Source of the DNA: Orbicella franksi | Taxonomy: Eukaryota | NCBI GenBank assembly: GCA_964199315.1 | Contig: OZ116699.1 | Coordinates: 24,986,001-25,050,000, forward strand | Length of the DNA stretch: 64,000 nucleotides | Reading direction: 5' to 3' | In this document: positions 62,827 through 64,000 of the stretch, piece after piece | Layout of the letters: the number at the start of each line of letters is the position of its first letter | How positions within the stretch are numbered: position 1 is the stretch's first letter | The notes under the pieces: generated by a model | Databases searched by the model: none | What the model was told of the DNA's origin: nothing | Seen by the model: only the letters and a program-made list of their open reading frames with translations | Made by a program: the position numbers and the translations under genes

Positions 62827-63634
62827 TTAATAGACTTGCATGTAGCCCCTGAAAACAACAAGCATGTAAATTATTAGTAAAATTTCACATTATGAAACTA
62901 TAACTCCCTTAGCATTCAGTACATGCCCTTCTAGTCTGATGTAAAATTTATAATTATTATTAATATGATCTTAGATTAGAATACTCCCTAAATAAGTCAG
63001 AATTCATCCGCTGGGACATGGTGTCTGGCCTTTTACTGCTTCACAGTTTATTACAATGAAAGCCATAGCTACAAGTTGTTACAAAGTCATCTGCATCTAC
63101 GGTGGTTTCATTAATTAAGAGTTAGGTACAAGGCAAATTTACCGGTTGTGAGGACTATTTTTCCCACCTGGTCAGACAATCTAGAGGAAAGTTTTCGTTA
63201 CATTAGAAGTAAAAGTTTTGCCTGCCTGTGAAAACCAGTTGTCCTCCTGCTGAAAACTTAAAAGAAACCGCCATGCCTATCACACCTCTCACTTACTTTT
63301 TACATTTAGTGTTCTCTTTTCAGGAACTTGCTCCCCAGAGTAGTTGAGTAGCCATAAATTATAGCCAATTTCTGCTGTAAAAAGGATGGTCAAAACTACA
63401 ACGATGCAATACTTACGGCAGTTTCATCCTCATGAACACCCTGCATGTGAAGAACGAGACTAAGACGCACACAAAACCCAGGAATAGCAAGAGGAATCTG
63501 TTCAGTTTAGACATGCCAACAGCATTGGATTTATCCAAGATAATGAAGCCCAGTCCACCCATGGAGAATAGAAAACTTGATGCCAGACCCTCCATGATGT
63601 ACTGACCATTTACACGGTATGGCATGAAGGCAAC
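62827..63634 (-). CDS. OSTC: Oligosaccharyltransferase complex subunit OSTC/DC2, last two coding exons (5' exons beyond the window)
   Basis: Exon 63417-63634: [37 protein letters not shown]...[29 protein letters not shown](P). Exon 62827-62848: GYMQVY*. Phase 2 junction; AATAAA on - at 62744-62749. Confidence 0.93.
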
Positions 63635-64000
63635 CTGTGAGGAGCAACGAGACAAAATTTCATGTCTATGTTATAAGTAATGTTCTACAGGCAGCAGCTC
63701 TGATTGAAATTCAATTATGCCATGTTTTAAAACATTTGGTTTGTTTTACCAGATGAACTCAAGTAAATGTGCAACAACCTTTTGGCATCTAACGCTATGT
63801 TCACACTTGGTGCCCAATCATGGTGTCCAAGTATGATTCTTGTTGGTCACTAATGTGAACACACCCTTTACCAGGTACCCACGCCAGAATTCAAACATAG
63901 TGCCTGTGCCCTAGTACAAGGTCTCGACCTTGTACTCAAAGCAGCCTGGAAAAACTGCATTCACAGTGGATCAATTTGTCCGACATTCAAGGACCCTTCT

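Overview
Eukaryotic (animal) genomic DNA, AT-rich and intron-rich, with two scaffold gaps (1529-1738, 62409-62604). The dispersed palindromic MITE families resemble those I associate with anthozoans (stony corals); that assignment is inference. All exons were traced by hand from splice signals and reading phase, so several are missing from the ORF track. Contents, left to right: (1) a minus-strand locus running off the left edge, with a signal peptide and ADAMTS/reprolysin-type prodomain exons (4242-12864) followed by two exons encoding a VHL-beta-like domain (1044-1500); (2) two intact tandem UBE2D (UbcH5/Ubc4-type E2) paralogs on + (17859-23933, 27959-34808); (3) an intact SIRT1 on + (38721-49191) with a U12-type intron; (4) a repeat-dense accessory block (50.7-61.5 kb) with a Penelope-like fragment carrying a minimal hammerhead motif, two inverted 20-bp satellite arrays, a decayed IS3-like (IS3EU-type) DDE transposase and a convergent decayed UBX-like + HECT E3 ligase gene; (5) the last two exons of OSTC/DC2 on - at the right edge. 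The best candidates for new biology are the possible ADAMTS-prodomain/VHL-beta fusion, a transposon possibly carrying a UBX-HECT ligase, a poison 3' splice-site arrangement conserved in both UBE2D paralogs, and a candidate 1-nt exon.
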